Shown here piece by piece: positions 14,805 to 21,538 of a stretch of DNA of 24,000 nt (its first letter is position 1; each line of letters begins with the position of its first letter). Source of the DNA: Streptomyces phage Faust; the sequence record MT684598.1; one strand, written 5' to 3'. The translations under genes and the position numbers were made by a program. The notes under the pieces are model-generated. The model was not told the origin of the DNA and searched no databases. It worked only from the letters and a program-made list of their open reading frames with translations.

Positions 14805-14909
14805 CAAATCATTTCTGGTTGACATATTAAAAGGTTGCAACCATCCCAGAAATGGTCTAGGCTCAGTAGGTAACATTACGAACCCTCAATAGCCGCCGGT
14901 TATCAGTAG

Positions 14910-15116
14910 ATGACTAATAACCGAGAAGTATGTGAGAATTGCCGTAAGTTCCTTGTTCCTTCAGAAGGAAAGTGGGAGCGTGATGATTATGCTGATTACG
15001 AATGTGATGGGGTTCTGACTTTCGAGCCGGACCCTTTTGCACAAGAAATCCATGATGACCACACGAACTACTGGATGTGTGATGGAGAAAGGTACGAATC
15101 GGCAATGGATATCTAA
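14910..15116 (+). CDS. hypothetical small protein with Cys motifs
   Basis: MTNNREVCENCRKFLVPSEGKWERDDYADYECDGVLTFEPDPFAQ... Confidence 0.6.
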   Translation: MTNNREVCENCRKFLVPSEGKWERDDYADYECDGVLTFEPDPFAQEIHDDHTNYWMCDGERYESAMDI

Positions 15117-15126
15117 CTGAATATTG

Positions 15127-15143
15127 GGCCTTCGGGCCAAGCT
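15127..15143 (+). repeat. hairpin-AAGCT module
   Basis: GGCC-TTCG-GGCC-AAGCT. Confidence 0.65.
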
Positions 15144-15195
15144 AAATCCCTGGTATAGATACGTAAAAAGTGGGATTGAAAGAAATCTATACAAT

Positions 15196-15268
15196 GCTCC
15201 GGTGTACGATGGAATGCAGATAGGGTTTTCACCCCTATTGTTCGCGGGTTCGATTCCCGTCCGGAGTG
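15196..15268 (+). tRNA. tRNA-Glu(TTC)
   Basis: Acceptor GCTCCGG/CCGGAGT, anticodon arm TAGGG-TTTTCAC-CCCTA, GGTTCGATTCC. Confidence 0.88.
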
Positions 15269-15449
15269 CTTTGCAAATGGATGGAAAGCGACTAAGGATA
15301 AATCCCAGAGCTATTGTACATATGCTACTGGTGGGGACCTTGACGATGCTGCTCTCCCTACCCCAAGGGTCCAGACTGGCAGCGAAATTTGCAAATGTGA
15401 GGTTGCATCACGGCTTCGGGCCTCCAAAAATAATCAGGAAACCGTGTGC

Positions 15450-15520
15450 TCCGTAGTAGTGAAATGGTATCACTCAACTTTGCCAAAGTTGCAGCGCGAG
15501 TTCGATTCTCGTCTACGGGA
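15450..15520 (+). tRNA. tRNA-Gly(GCC)
   Basis: Acceptor TCCGTAG/CTACGGG, anticodon arm CAACT-TTGCCAA-AGTTG, AGTTCGATTCT. Confidence 0.87.
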
Positions 15521-15525
15521 CTTTC

Positions 15526-15554
15526 AGGGACTTACATAAAGTAAGTCCCTTTTT
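15526..15554 (+). terminator. Rho-independent terminator after the tRNAs
   Basis: AGGGACTTAC-ATAAA-GTAAGTCCCT-TTTT, 10-bp stem. Confidence 0.9.
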
Positions 15555-15566
15555 CATTGGAGCATC

Positions 15567-15764
15567 ATGACAATTACTTTTTGGAAGGATGGCGACGACC
15601 AGACCGGAATCACCCTAAGCTATGTTGGTGATGCTACAGTTCTAGAGGCGTCCATTAATCCAATTAAGGCTCACTACTTCAAGACGAATAGTGAAGCTAA
15701 GGCATTTATCATTAAGCAGGGCTATGCTCTGCTCTCTCTCGGATATGAGGTTTACTCGGAATGA
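15567..15764 (+). CDS. hypothetical small protein
   Basis: ATG after GGAG; MTITFWKDGDDQTGITLSYVGDATVLEASINP... Confidence 0.7.
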   Translation: MTITFWKDGDDQTGITLSYVGDATVLEASINPIKAHYFKTNSEAKAFIIKQGYALLSLGYEVYSE

Positions 15765-16324
15765 TTACTAATGGTAGCAAGGTTAAGGTCAAGGATAATT
15801 ACACTGGGAATCTTGATGGTGTAAAGGGCCGAGTTGCTACAGTTGAGAAGGTAGATATTAGCGAGGGTGTCACTAAGTATCTTCTTGACATCAAGGGCAC
15901 TTATCAGCAGGAGTCTTACTACCGAAAGGGCGAGTATTACACCTACAATGCTCAGGCAATTGTCACCTCTAATGAGGTTGAGGAGTATTCTTACGGCATG
16001 AAGGATTGCAAGGGTGTACTTCTTGAGATTGGTGACAAGGTGGTGTACAGCGGCAACCGCCCCGGAATTATTGAGGGTGAGGTTGTTGGCTTCAAGGACT
16101 ACGAAGAGCAGCGTTGGGGTCAGGGTAGGAAGGTTGTCAAGGTCCAGCTCAAGATTGTCAAGCAGCATCATCACTCTGATGGTGGTGAGCGACGAATGAG
16201 TGAAGATTTTGATTACACTCAGTGGTTCGAGCATGGAAGTCGCATGATGATTGTTCAGAAGAATCTCCCACACCTGGTTCTTTTCAACAACGACTTCAAT
16301 GTGCTAGAATGTGGGAATGAGTAA
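15761..16324 (+). CDS. hypothetical protein
   Basis: ATGA overlap; MITNGSKVKVKDNYTGNLDGVKGRVATVEKVDISEGVTKYLLDIKG... Confidence 0.75.
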   Translation: MITNGSKVKVKDNYTGNLDGVKGRVATVEKVDISEGVTKYLLDIKGTYQQESYYRKGEYYTYNAQAIVTSNEVEEYSYGMKDCKGVLLEIGDKVVYSGNRPGIIEGEVVGFKDYEEQRWGQGRKVVKVQLKIVKQHHHSDGGERRMSEDFDYTQWFEHGSRMMIVQKNLPHLVLFNNDFNVLECGNE

Positions 16325-16517
16325 GCAACCTAAGAAGAAGCCAAAGCCTATTGGTTCAGGTCACTACACAGTTTGTCGAAACTGTAGAGGAACTGGAGTC
16401 GTGGGTGATATCAAGAAGGCGAACAATTTCAGAGGAGAGGCTGTCATTTGGGTACCCTGTAAGGATTGTATCGATGGCACTGGAACCTCTAGAGGTTGGG
16501 TTGTAGCACCTCGTTGA
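16317..16517 (+). CDS. small protein with DnaJ-like CxxCxG repeats
   Basis: ATG 16317; MSKQPKKKPKPIGSGHYTVCRNCRGTGVVGD...VPCKDCIDGTGTSRG. Confidence 0.7.
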   Translation: MSKQPKKKPKPIGSGHYTVCRNCRGTGVVGDIKKANNFRGEAVIWVPCKDCIDGTGTSRGWVVAPR

Positions 16518-16542
16518 CACAACTTGTCGCCTGTGCTATGAT
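16514..16542 (+). promoter_or_regulatory. promoter upstream of tRNA-Gly(TCC)
   Basis: TTGACA-N17-TATGAT. Confidence 0.8.
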
Positions 16543-16623
16543 ATACATGTTGGGTCGGAGAGATTCGGTTATCTTATTATATGCGAATAAACAACATCGA
16601 TTCTCGTTCCATATCCAGCATAT

Positions 16624-16694
16624 GCTAGTGTGGTGTAGAGGTAACACAACTGACTTCCACTCAGTTATCGCCAGTTCGATTCTGGTCACTAGCT
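16624..16694 (+). tRNA. tRNA-Gly(TCC)
   Basis: Acceptor GCTAGTG/CACTAGC, anticodon arm ACTGA-CTTCCAC-TCAGT, AGTTCGATTCT. Confidence 0.9.
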
Positions 16695-16699
16695 CTTTT

Positions 16700-16730
16700 G
16701 CCCCGGAAAAAGTTCCGGGGCTCTTTTGTT
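16700..16730 (+). terminator. Rho-independent terminator
   Basis: GCCCCGGAA-AAAG-TTCCGGGGC-TCTTTTGTT, 9-bp stem. Confidence 0.88.
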
Positions 16731-16733
16731 TTT

Positions 16734-16761
16734 GGGCGGGTTGGCTTGACTCGCCCAAGCT
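16734..16761 (+). repeat. hairpin-AAGCT module overlapping a promoter
   Basis: GGGCG...CGCCC-AAGCT, with the -35 in the loop. Confidence 0.6.
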
Positions 16762-16769
16762 GCTATACT
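16741..16769 (+). promoter_or_regulatory. promoter
   Basis: TTGGCT-N17-TATACT, 6 nt before ATG 16776. Confidence 0.65.
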
Positions 16770-16775
16770 AGACTC

Positions 16776-16979
16776 ATGAACGAAGAAGACATCGTCTCGT
16801 ACAGTTTCGCTGTACAGATTTTCAGGAACGAAGAAGGAAGATTCCACTACGGAGTTTTCCAAGAGATTGAGTCAGAAGATGAAGATGACCTACAGTTGCT
16901 TGAAACTGGTGGAGCTGATACACTAGCTGAAGCAGCAGAGATGGTTGGCAAAAGCCTAAAGACTTTGTTTTCTGCCTGA
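16776..16979 (+). CDS. hypothetical small acidic protein
   Basis: MNEEDIVSYSFAVQIFRNEEGRFHYGVFQEIESEDEDDLQ...; no upstream SD, promoter -10 immediately upstream. Confidence 0.75.
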   Translation: MNEEDIVSYSFAVQIFRNEEGRFHYGVFQEIESEDEDDLQLLETGGADTLAEAAEMVGKSLKTLFSA

Positions 16980-17005
16980 TTTCAGACCCTTTCGTAAAGG
17001 GTCAT

Positions 17006-17077
17006 TCCCCTTTAGTGTAACCGGCAGCACCACTGATTTTGGTTCAGTTAGTCCAGGTTCAAATCCTGGTGGGGGAG
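17006..17077 (+). tRNA. tRNA-Gln(TTG)
   Basis: Acceptor TCCCCTT/TGGGGGA (one mismatch), anticodon arm ACTGA-TTTTGGT-TCAGT, T arm CCAGG-TTCAAAT-CCTGG. Confidence 0.85.
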
Positions 17078-17107
17078 CGCTCATTCAGTTACTATCTTGG
17101 AGATTCA

Positions 17108-17338
17108 ATGCCTGAATGGATTATTATACCGATTGTGTTTTACATTCTCGGTGCTGCTATGATGATGTTCTGGTGTATCCAGGAATTGAGCTACACGATA
17201 GGCGAGAATCGCATCATCGAGCGATACGGTTCCTATCGTGGAAGTACACTGATTACTCTAGCAGTTATTGCTCTTATGATTTTCTGGCTGCCCTTTGTTA
17301 TTGGAAAGTATGTTCGGGGAATGGTTAAGGGTCAGTAA
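17108..17338 (+). CDS. small membrane protein
   Basis: MPEWIIIPIVFYILGAAMMMFWCIQEL...STLITLAVIALMIFWLPFVIG. Confidence 0.7.
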   Translation: MPEWIIIPIVFYILGAAMMMFWCIQELSYTIGENRIIERYGSYRGSTLITLAVIALMIFWLPFVIGKYVRGMVKGQ

Positions 17339-17343
17339 TTATC

Positions 17344-17363
17344 GGGGGGCAACCCCCAAGCTT
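17344..17363 (+). repeat. hairpin-AAGCTT module
   Basis: GGGGG-GCAA-CCCCC-AAGCTT. Confidence 0.8.
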
Positions 17364-17384
17364 TGTCTATAAAAGGAGAATAAC

Positions 17385-17600
17385 ATGCTTGAGCTTTTCC
17401 TCATTGCATGGTTGATTGGTGCAGCGATTGCGTTTGTTTCGTGTAGTGCATGGCTTTATACTGCATTTACGCGCGGTGGCATCAGAGATGGACTTTTGGC
17501 TCTGTGTGCTGTAACAACCATAGCCGCACTCTTTGTCCCATTGAGTCTCTTTGGGATTGTTCTTATGGTGTCCGAGAAGGTTAAGGGTAAGGAATCCTAA
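17385..17600 (+). CDS. small membrane protein
   Basis: ATG after AAGGAG; MLELFLIAWLIGAAIAFVSCSAWLYTAF... Confidence 0.75.
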   Translation: MLELFLIAWLIGAAIAFVSCSAWLYTAFTRGGIRDGLLALCAVTTIAALFVPLSLFGIVLMVSEKVKGKES

Positions 17601-17836
17601 TGAGTGTTCTTGAATGGATTGGCCTTGCTGTTTACGGTATTCCCGCCGCACTTGGTTTGCTGATGGCTCTGTTCCTTGGAATTCTTGCTGGTGGTTTTAC
17701 TGGCGATTATTCAAACAGCGGGCTTCTTGCTACATGGAATATGATTGCACAGTTCACTGTTGTTGCTGCTATCGCACTAACGTGGCCTGTGTCTGTTCCT
17801 GCTATCGCTCTTTATGATAAGGTAAAGAAGAAGTAA
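17600..17836 (+). CDS. small membrane protein
   Basis: TAATG overlap; MSVLEWIGLAVYGIPAALGLLMALFLGILAGG... Confidence 0.75.
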   Translation: MSVLEWIGLAVYGIPAALGLLMALFLGILAGGFTGDYSNSGLLATWNMIAQFTVVAAIALTWPVSVPAIALYDKVKKK

Positions 17837-17842
17837 GCAGGT

Positions 17843-17862
17843 GGGGCGAATGCCCCAAGCTT
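17843..17862 (+). repeat. hairpin-AAGCTT module
   Basis: GGGGC-GAAT-GCCCC-AAGCTT. Confidence 0.8.
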
Positions 17863-17879
17863 CCCGAAAGGAGATTGTT

Positions 17880-18176
17880 ATGGGATGGGTGTTGGTCGTT
17901 GCTATCTTGGCTGCGCTGTGGTACCGTAGCAACTACAAGGGAGCAATGAAAATGTATGAGCATGAGAGAATGCTCAACAAGTTGGCTCATGGTGAGAATT
18001 ACCGTCGTCTGGTAGGATTTACACACAACGGTCGCAAGTATGAGGCGCGGGTTCGTAGATGGAATGTCGATGAATCCGGCCCTGATGTTGCAGAGCTTTG
18101 GTGTATTGAAGGGTCCAATCCAGATGGATGGACTCAATTCTTTCTCTGGGATAAGAAGGAGCTGAAGTTTCTATGA
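17880..18176 (+). CDS. membrane-anchored hypothetical protein
   Basis: ATG after AAGGAG; MGWVLVVAILAALWYRSNYKGAMKMYEHERML... Confidence 0.7.
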   Translation: MGWVLVVAILAALWYRSNYKGAMKMYEHERMLNKLAHGENYRRLVGFTHNGRKYEARVRRWNVDESGPDVAELWCIEGSNPDGWTQFFLWDKKELKFL

Positions 18177-18367
18177 TGGTAGCCCTTTGGATTGTGTACG
18201 CCTTCCTTGGTGTTTATGCACTCCTTCTTGCATGGGGATTCAACACCATGGATACTCAATTGCGAGACATCAGTTTTAAGGGTGCTGTTGTAAGCATTCT
18301 AATTGGAATCTTTTGGCTTCCCGCCCTGATTATTCTGATTATTTACCTGCTTGCTTCAAGGAAGTAG
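18173..18367 (+). CDS. small membrane protein
   Basis: ATGA overlap; MMVALWIVYAFLGVYALLLAWGF...GAVVSILIGIFWLPALIILIIYLLASRK. Confidence 0.7.
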   Translation: MMVALWIVYAFLGVYALLLAWGFNTMDTQLRDISFKGAVVSILIGIFWLPALIILIIYLLASRK

Positions 18368-18373
18368 CAGAAT

Positions 18374-18394
18374 GCCCGGATTCCGGGCAAGCTT
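18374..18394 (+). repeat. hairpin-AAGCTT module
   Basis: GCCCGG-ATT-CCGGGC-AAGCTT. Confidence 0.8.
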
Positions 18395-18414
18395 TATCAA
18401 CAGGAAGGCTGACA

Positions 18415-18612
18415 ATGGACATCCTTTTTAGCGTCTACATGGTTGGCGCAATCGCAATGTTCTGCTTCGTGACTCTGTGCATGCTCATTGCACTTCTCGG
18501 AGCCACGATTCCTTGGGAATGGTTTTTCAAGGGCATTCTTATTTCGGCTCTGTGGCCAATCATGATTGCTTGGGGATTGGGCGCTGTCGCTTGGAATAAG
18601 ATTAGGACGTAA
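18415..18612 (+). CDS. small membrane protein
   Basis: MDILFSVYMVGAIAMFCFVTLCMLIALLGATIPWEWFFKGILISALWPIMIAWGLGAVAW. Confidence 0.7.
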   Translation: MDILFSVYMVGAIAMFCFVTLCMLIALLGATIPWEWFFKGILISALWPIMIAWGLGAVAWNKIRT

Positions 18613-19227
18613 ATGGATTTTAAAGCACTTCATGAAGCTATCCCCTACGCTACCGGGGAGAAGCTTCATGTAATGGAAATGAAGCCATATCCGAATATCA
18701 CTCTGTCAATGCCGGGTCGTCATCAGAAAGAGACTGACCCGGTTGGCGGGGATTTCGTGGTAATGGTTGATGATGTCAATAAGGGTTGGATTAAGCATCA
18801 GTTTACTCATGGTGACCTATGGCACGACCTTGAGAAAAAGAAAGATGCTGATAAGGACAATGCAGTTCTTCTTATGAAGGATTATGCTGCTGTTGTTCGT
18901 GGAGCTGACCCTGAAACAACATCATGGGATTTTGAGAATGGCCTGGTTTCGGAAGACCTAGAGTTTGTCTGGGACCATACGCTACTGCCTCAGACATTTT
19001 TGTACGCCGTTCAATGCCTTGCTGTTGCTGAGCATCGACGCTACTGGCCTCATGAGTGTCAGGGTGGTGGAAGGTACTTGCCAGCACGCTTCTCAATGGG
19101 TATCATTGAGGGCAAGTGGGCAGCCCGAGATGCTGAGCAGTATCAGTACCGAGGCAGACAGGGTCTAGAAAACCTAATTAAGGAGAAGGGCCGTCCAGCC
19201 CCTCTCAAGAAATTCGCTGAAAGCTGA
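18613..19227 (+). CDS. hypothetical protein
   Basis: 205-codon ORF in the plus-strand block; MDFKALHEAIPYATGEKLHVMEMKPYPNITLSMPGRHQKETDPVGG... Confidence 0.8.
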   Translation: MDFKALHEAIPYATGEKLHVMEMKPYPNITLSMPGRHQKETDPVGGDFVVMVDDVNKGWIKHQFTHGDLWHDLEKKKDADKDNAVLLMKDYAAVVRGADPETTSWDFENGLVSEDLEFVWDHTLLPQTFLYAVQCLAVAEHRRYWPHECQGGGRYLPARFSMGIIEGKWAARDAEQYQYRGRQGLENLIKEKGRPAPLKKFAES

Positions 19228-19242
19228 TTTTCGGCGGGTTAT

Positions 19243-19271
19243 GTGAGCCTTTCGTAAAGGGCTCACAAGCT
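19243..19271 (+). repeat. hairpin-AAGCT module
   Basis: GTGAGCC-tttcgtaaag-GGCTCAC-AAGCT then G-TATACT. Confidence 0.7.
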
Positions 19272-19272
19272 G

Positions 19273-19278
19273 TATACT
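19273..19278 (+). promoter_or_regulatory. -10-like box with weak -35
   Basis: TATACT 7 nt before ATG 19286; best -35 at 17-nt spacing is only TTTCGT (19250). Confidence 0.45.
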
Positions 19279-19285
19279 AGTCTTT

Positions 19286-19543
19286 ATGGATGAACTTTAT
19301 GAAGAACTAGCAACTCACTTCCTGGTAAAAGATTACAAGTGGAAGTTTGATTACGGTCACGCAAATCCCGACGCTGATGACATGAAGAAGGCTCTTGAAA
19401 GAGTAAAGGAAATTCTTGAAGAGCATGAGGAAAATACTCAGCTTGAAATGGGTCATCTGATGTTCAAGAAGCGTGCGGGTGTGATTGACGTTTTCGTTCA
19501 CGCTGGAACAATTGGAGAAATTAGTGAAGACAGCGACGTTTGA
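19286..19543 (+). CDS. hypothetical protein
   Basis: MDELYEELATHFLVKDYKWKFDYGHANPDADDMKKALERVKEILEEHEEN... Confidence 0.75.
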   Translation: MDELYEELATHFLVKDYKWKFDYGHANPDADDMKKALERVKEILEEHEENTQLEMGHLMFKKRAGVIDVFVHAGTIGEISEDSDV

Positions 19544-20006
19544 GTACACGCATATGACTGAGGTTGACAGTAGCCTTGCTCAGGCCGTTTACTACAATGA
19601 GGGTAATGAGACCATGGCTGTTGAATTCCATGAGACTGCTTATTCTTATGTTGGTTCTGCCATCTATGGTGAGGTTCCGAAGGCTTTCTATGAGGGCTTT
19701 GTAACTCTGAATAGCATTGGCAAGACCTACAATGGTTATGTAAAGAAGGTATTCCCGAATGTCAGCGAGGGCACTGTTTATGATGTCAACTATGTTGACC
19801 TGAATGCTGCATCGCAACTTCTTGTTGACCAGAAGGATGCTTCTCAGCGTTATATGGTTAAGGGCTATGTCCGTCATCAGGGCTCATTTACGGCGGGTAG
19901 TCTGGAAGAGGCCCGTGAACTCTTCCTTGACAGCCTGTCCGATGAAGGCTATGATGGAAGTGACCTAGCTGTTACGGAGGTATACATTCTTGAGTCAGGT
20001 TCGTAA
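19524..20006 (+). CDS. KTSC-like domain protein (start uncertain, GTG 19524 or ATG 19554)
   Basis: VDSSLAQAVYYNEGNETMAVEFHETAYSYVG...VPKAFYEGFVTLNSIGKTYNGYVKKVFP resembles the KTSC pattern. Confidence 0.65.
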   Translation: MKTATFEYTHMTEVDSSLAQAVYYNEGNETMAVEFHETAYSYVGSAIYGEVPKAFYEGFVTLNSIGKTYNGYVKKVFPNVSEGTVYDVNYVDLNAASQLLVDQKDASQRYMVKGYVRHQGSFTAGSLEEARELFLDSLSDEGYDGSDLAVTEVYILESGS

Positions 20007-20304
20007 GGTCTCCACGCTCACAGAGCTTACGGAGATTATGAACGACAATGACCGTGTGGTTGTTGATTTGGCAGCACCTTCGTGGTGTGTTCCATGCCAG
20101 AGGCTAGCCCCTCATTTTGCTAAGGCTTCTGAAAAGTCTGATGCGGTATTTGTTGAGATTGATATTGAGAATGCTGACAAGCAAATCCTTGATACTTATC
20201 CAACACAATCAGTGCCAACAGTTCTGTACTTCCAAAAGGGAGCCGAAACTGCTACGCTGAAGGCTCGAACCTCTGTCGCTCTTCTCAAGGAGATTGGCGA
20301 GTAA
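19990..20304 (+). CDS. thioredoxin-like protein
   Basis: VVVDLAAPSWCVPCQRLAPHFAKASE...QSVPTVLYFQKG: WCxxC active site and cis-Pro motif. Confidence 0.88.
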   Translation: MSQVRKVSTLTELTEIMNDNDRVVVDLAAPSWCVPCQRLAPHFAKASEKSDAVFVEIDIENADKQILDTYPTQSVPTVLYFQKGAETATLKARTSVALLKEIGE

Positions 20305-20311
20305 GTTCGCG

Positions 20312-20335
20312 GCGGGTCCTCGGACCCGCAAGCTT
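20312..20335 (+). repeat. hairpin-AAGCTT module
   Basis: GCGGGTC-CTCG-GACCCGC-AAGCTT. Confidence 0.8.
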
Positions 20336-20358
20336 ATTGTCTAACATTGGAGAATCCA

Positions 20359-20538
20359 GTGGAAAAGATTACCGTAGGTGAGCTTAAGAAGAGGCTTGCT
20401 GACATTGCTGATGATGTTGACATCATCGTTCGCACAGACTACTATTACGAGCATGCCACAGACGCATACTACAATGGTGATTATGTGCATGATGCTTATA
20501 GAAACGTAAGAGGACCAGTCTTTATCATCGAAGGATAA
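20359..20538 (+). CDS. hypothetical small protein
   Basis: GTG after TTGGAG; MEKITVGELKKRLADIADDVDIIVRTDYYYEHATDAYY... Confidence 0.7.
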   Translation: MEKITVGELKKRLADIADDVDIIVRTDYYYEHATDAYYNGDYVHDAYRNVRGPVFIIEG

Positions 20539-20544
20539 TTATCT

Positions 20545-20564
20545 GCCCGGAAACGGGCAAGCTT
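20545..20564 (+). repeat. hairpin-AAGCTT module
   Basis: GCCCG-GAAA-CGGGC-AAGCTT. Confidence 0.8.
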
Positions 20565-20582
20565 TCTACAGATTGGAATGTA

Positions 20583-20774
20583 ATGAGTTCTTACGACCTT
20601 GTTATTGCGAGTGCTAAGGCTTTCCACTCGACTGGCTATGCTGATGTCCTTCGGGAAATCGCTGAGTTTGCTGAGGAGAAGCCAGGGCGGGTGATTCTTG
20701 GAGTGAATATTCAGGATAACCTTCCCGAGGATAATGACTATCCTGTTACCGCGTATGTGATGTACGAGGGATAA
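20583..20774 (+). CDS. hypothetical small protein
   Basis: MSSYDLVIASAKAFHSTGYADVLREIAEFAEEKPGR... Confidence 0.65.
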   Translation: MSSYDLVIASAKAFHSTGYADVLREIAEFAEEKPGRVILGVNIQDNLPEDNDYPVTAYVMYEG

Positions 20775-20790
20775 ATTTTCGATACAATGG

Positions 20791-20817
20791 GCCTAGGGAG
20801 AAATCCCTAGGCTTTTT
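20791..20817 (+). terminator. Rho-independent terminator
   Basis: GCCTAGGGA-GAAA-TCCCTAGGC-TTTTT, 9-bp stem. Confidence 0.92.
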
Positions 20818-20835
20818 GTATTGGAGGAAGCTTCA

Positions 20836-21060
20836 TTGAATACAGAACAATGGGAAAATGAAGGAGGCTACATCCAATTGACCCATTCATATTTTGACGG
20901 CATGGGTTTTGAGGAAACTCATGAAGGCTCAATGCAGGATTGCACACTTAAGAAGTGTGTACGTGAGCGTCGATTCTGGCGTACTCGTCCTGAGATTGAC
21001 CCTTGGGATGGTGGTCCAGACCCATGGATGGAAGGTTCACTAAATGCACGTCGTTCCTAA
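20836..21060 (+). CDS. hypothetical protein
   Basis: TTG 20836 after GGAGG; MNTEQWENEGGYIQLTHSYFDGMGFEETHEGSMQD... Confidence 0.7.
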   Translation: MNTEQWENEGGYIQLTHSYFDGMGFEETHEGSMQDCTLKKCVRERRFWRTRPEIDPWDGGPDPWMEGSLNARRS

Positions 21061-21538
21061 ATTTGAGGGAGACCACTTCTTCCTCAGCAACTTTTATGAG
21101 GCCCCCACAGAATTTACAATGGGTGGTGACAAGGTCATCATGCCTACAGGGGAACATGCCTTTCAGGCTGCCAAATGTCATGCGCTGGTTGACAGCAGTA
21201 AGAAGGAGGAGTATGTTCGTCGCGTTGCGTCAGCACCTACACCTTCAAAGGCTAAGTATGAAGGTAGGTCTTGTCAGATTGACATTGACAAATGGGATGC
21301 CATCAAGGTGGAATGCATGCGCGAAGTTGTGTGGCAGAAGTTTTATCAGCACACAGACCTTCGTGGACAGCTTGTGATGACCTATGATGCCATGCTCGTG
21401 GAAGGAAATACCTGGGGTGATAAATTCTGGGGGCGGGTTGATGGCAAGGGCTATAATAAGCTCGGTGTCATTTTGATGGAGGTGCGTGGATACTGGCTTT
21501 GGCAAGGTAGGCGTAATCGACCGGAGATGGGTTCGTGA
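21044..21538 (+). CDS. NADAR/YbiA-like (DUF1768-type) protein
   Basis: FLSNFYEAPTEF...MPTGEHAFQAAKCHA...GNTWGDKFWGRVDGKGYNKLGVILMEVR. Confidence 0.88.
   Translation: MHVVPKFEGDHFFLSNFYEAPTEFTMGGDKVIMPTGEHAFQAAKCHALVDSSKKEEYVRRVASAPTPSKAKYEGRSCQIDIDKWDAIKVECMREVVWQKFYQHTDLRGQLVMTYDAMLVEGNTWGDKFWGRVDGKGYNKLGVILMEVRGYWLWQGRRNRPEMGS

Noticed and set aside
15124-15456. 110-aa plus-strand ORF
   Set aside because: It runs through tRNA-Glu(TTC) and into the start of tRNA-Gly(GCC); no convincing RBS and atypical composition.
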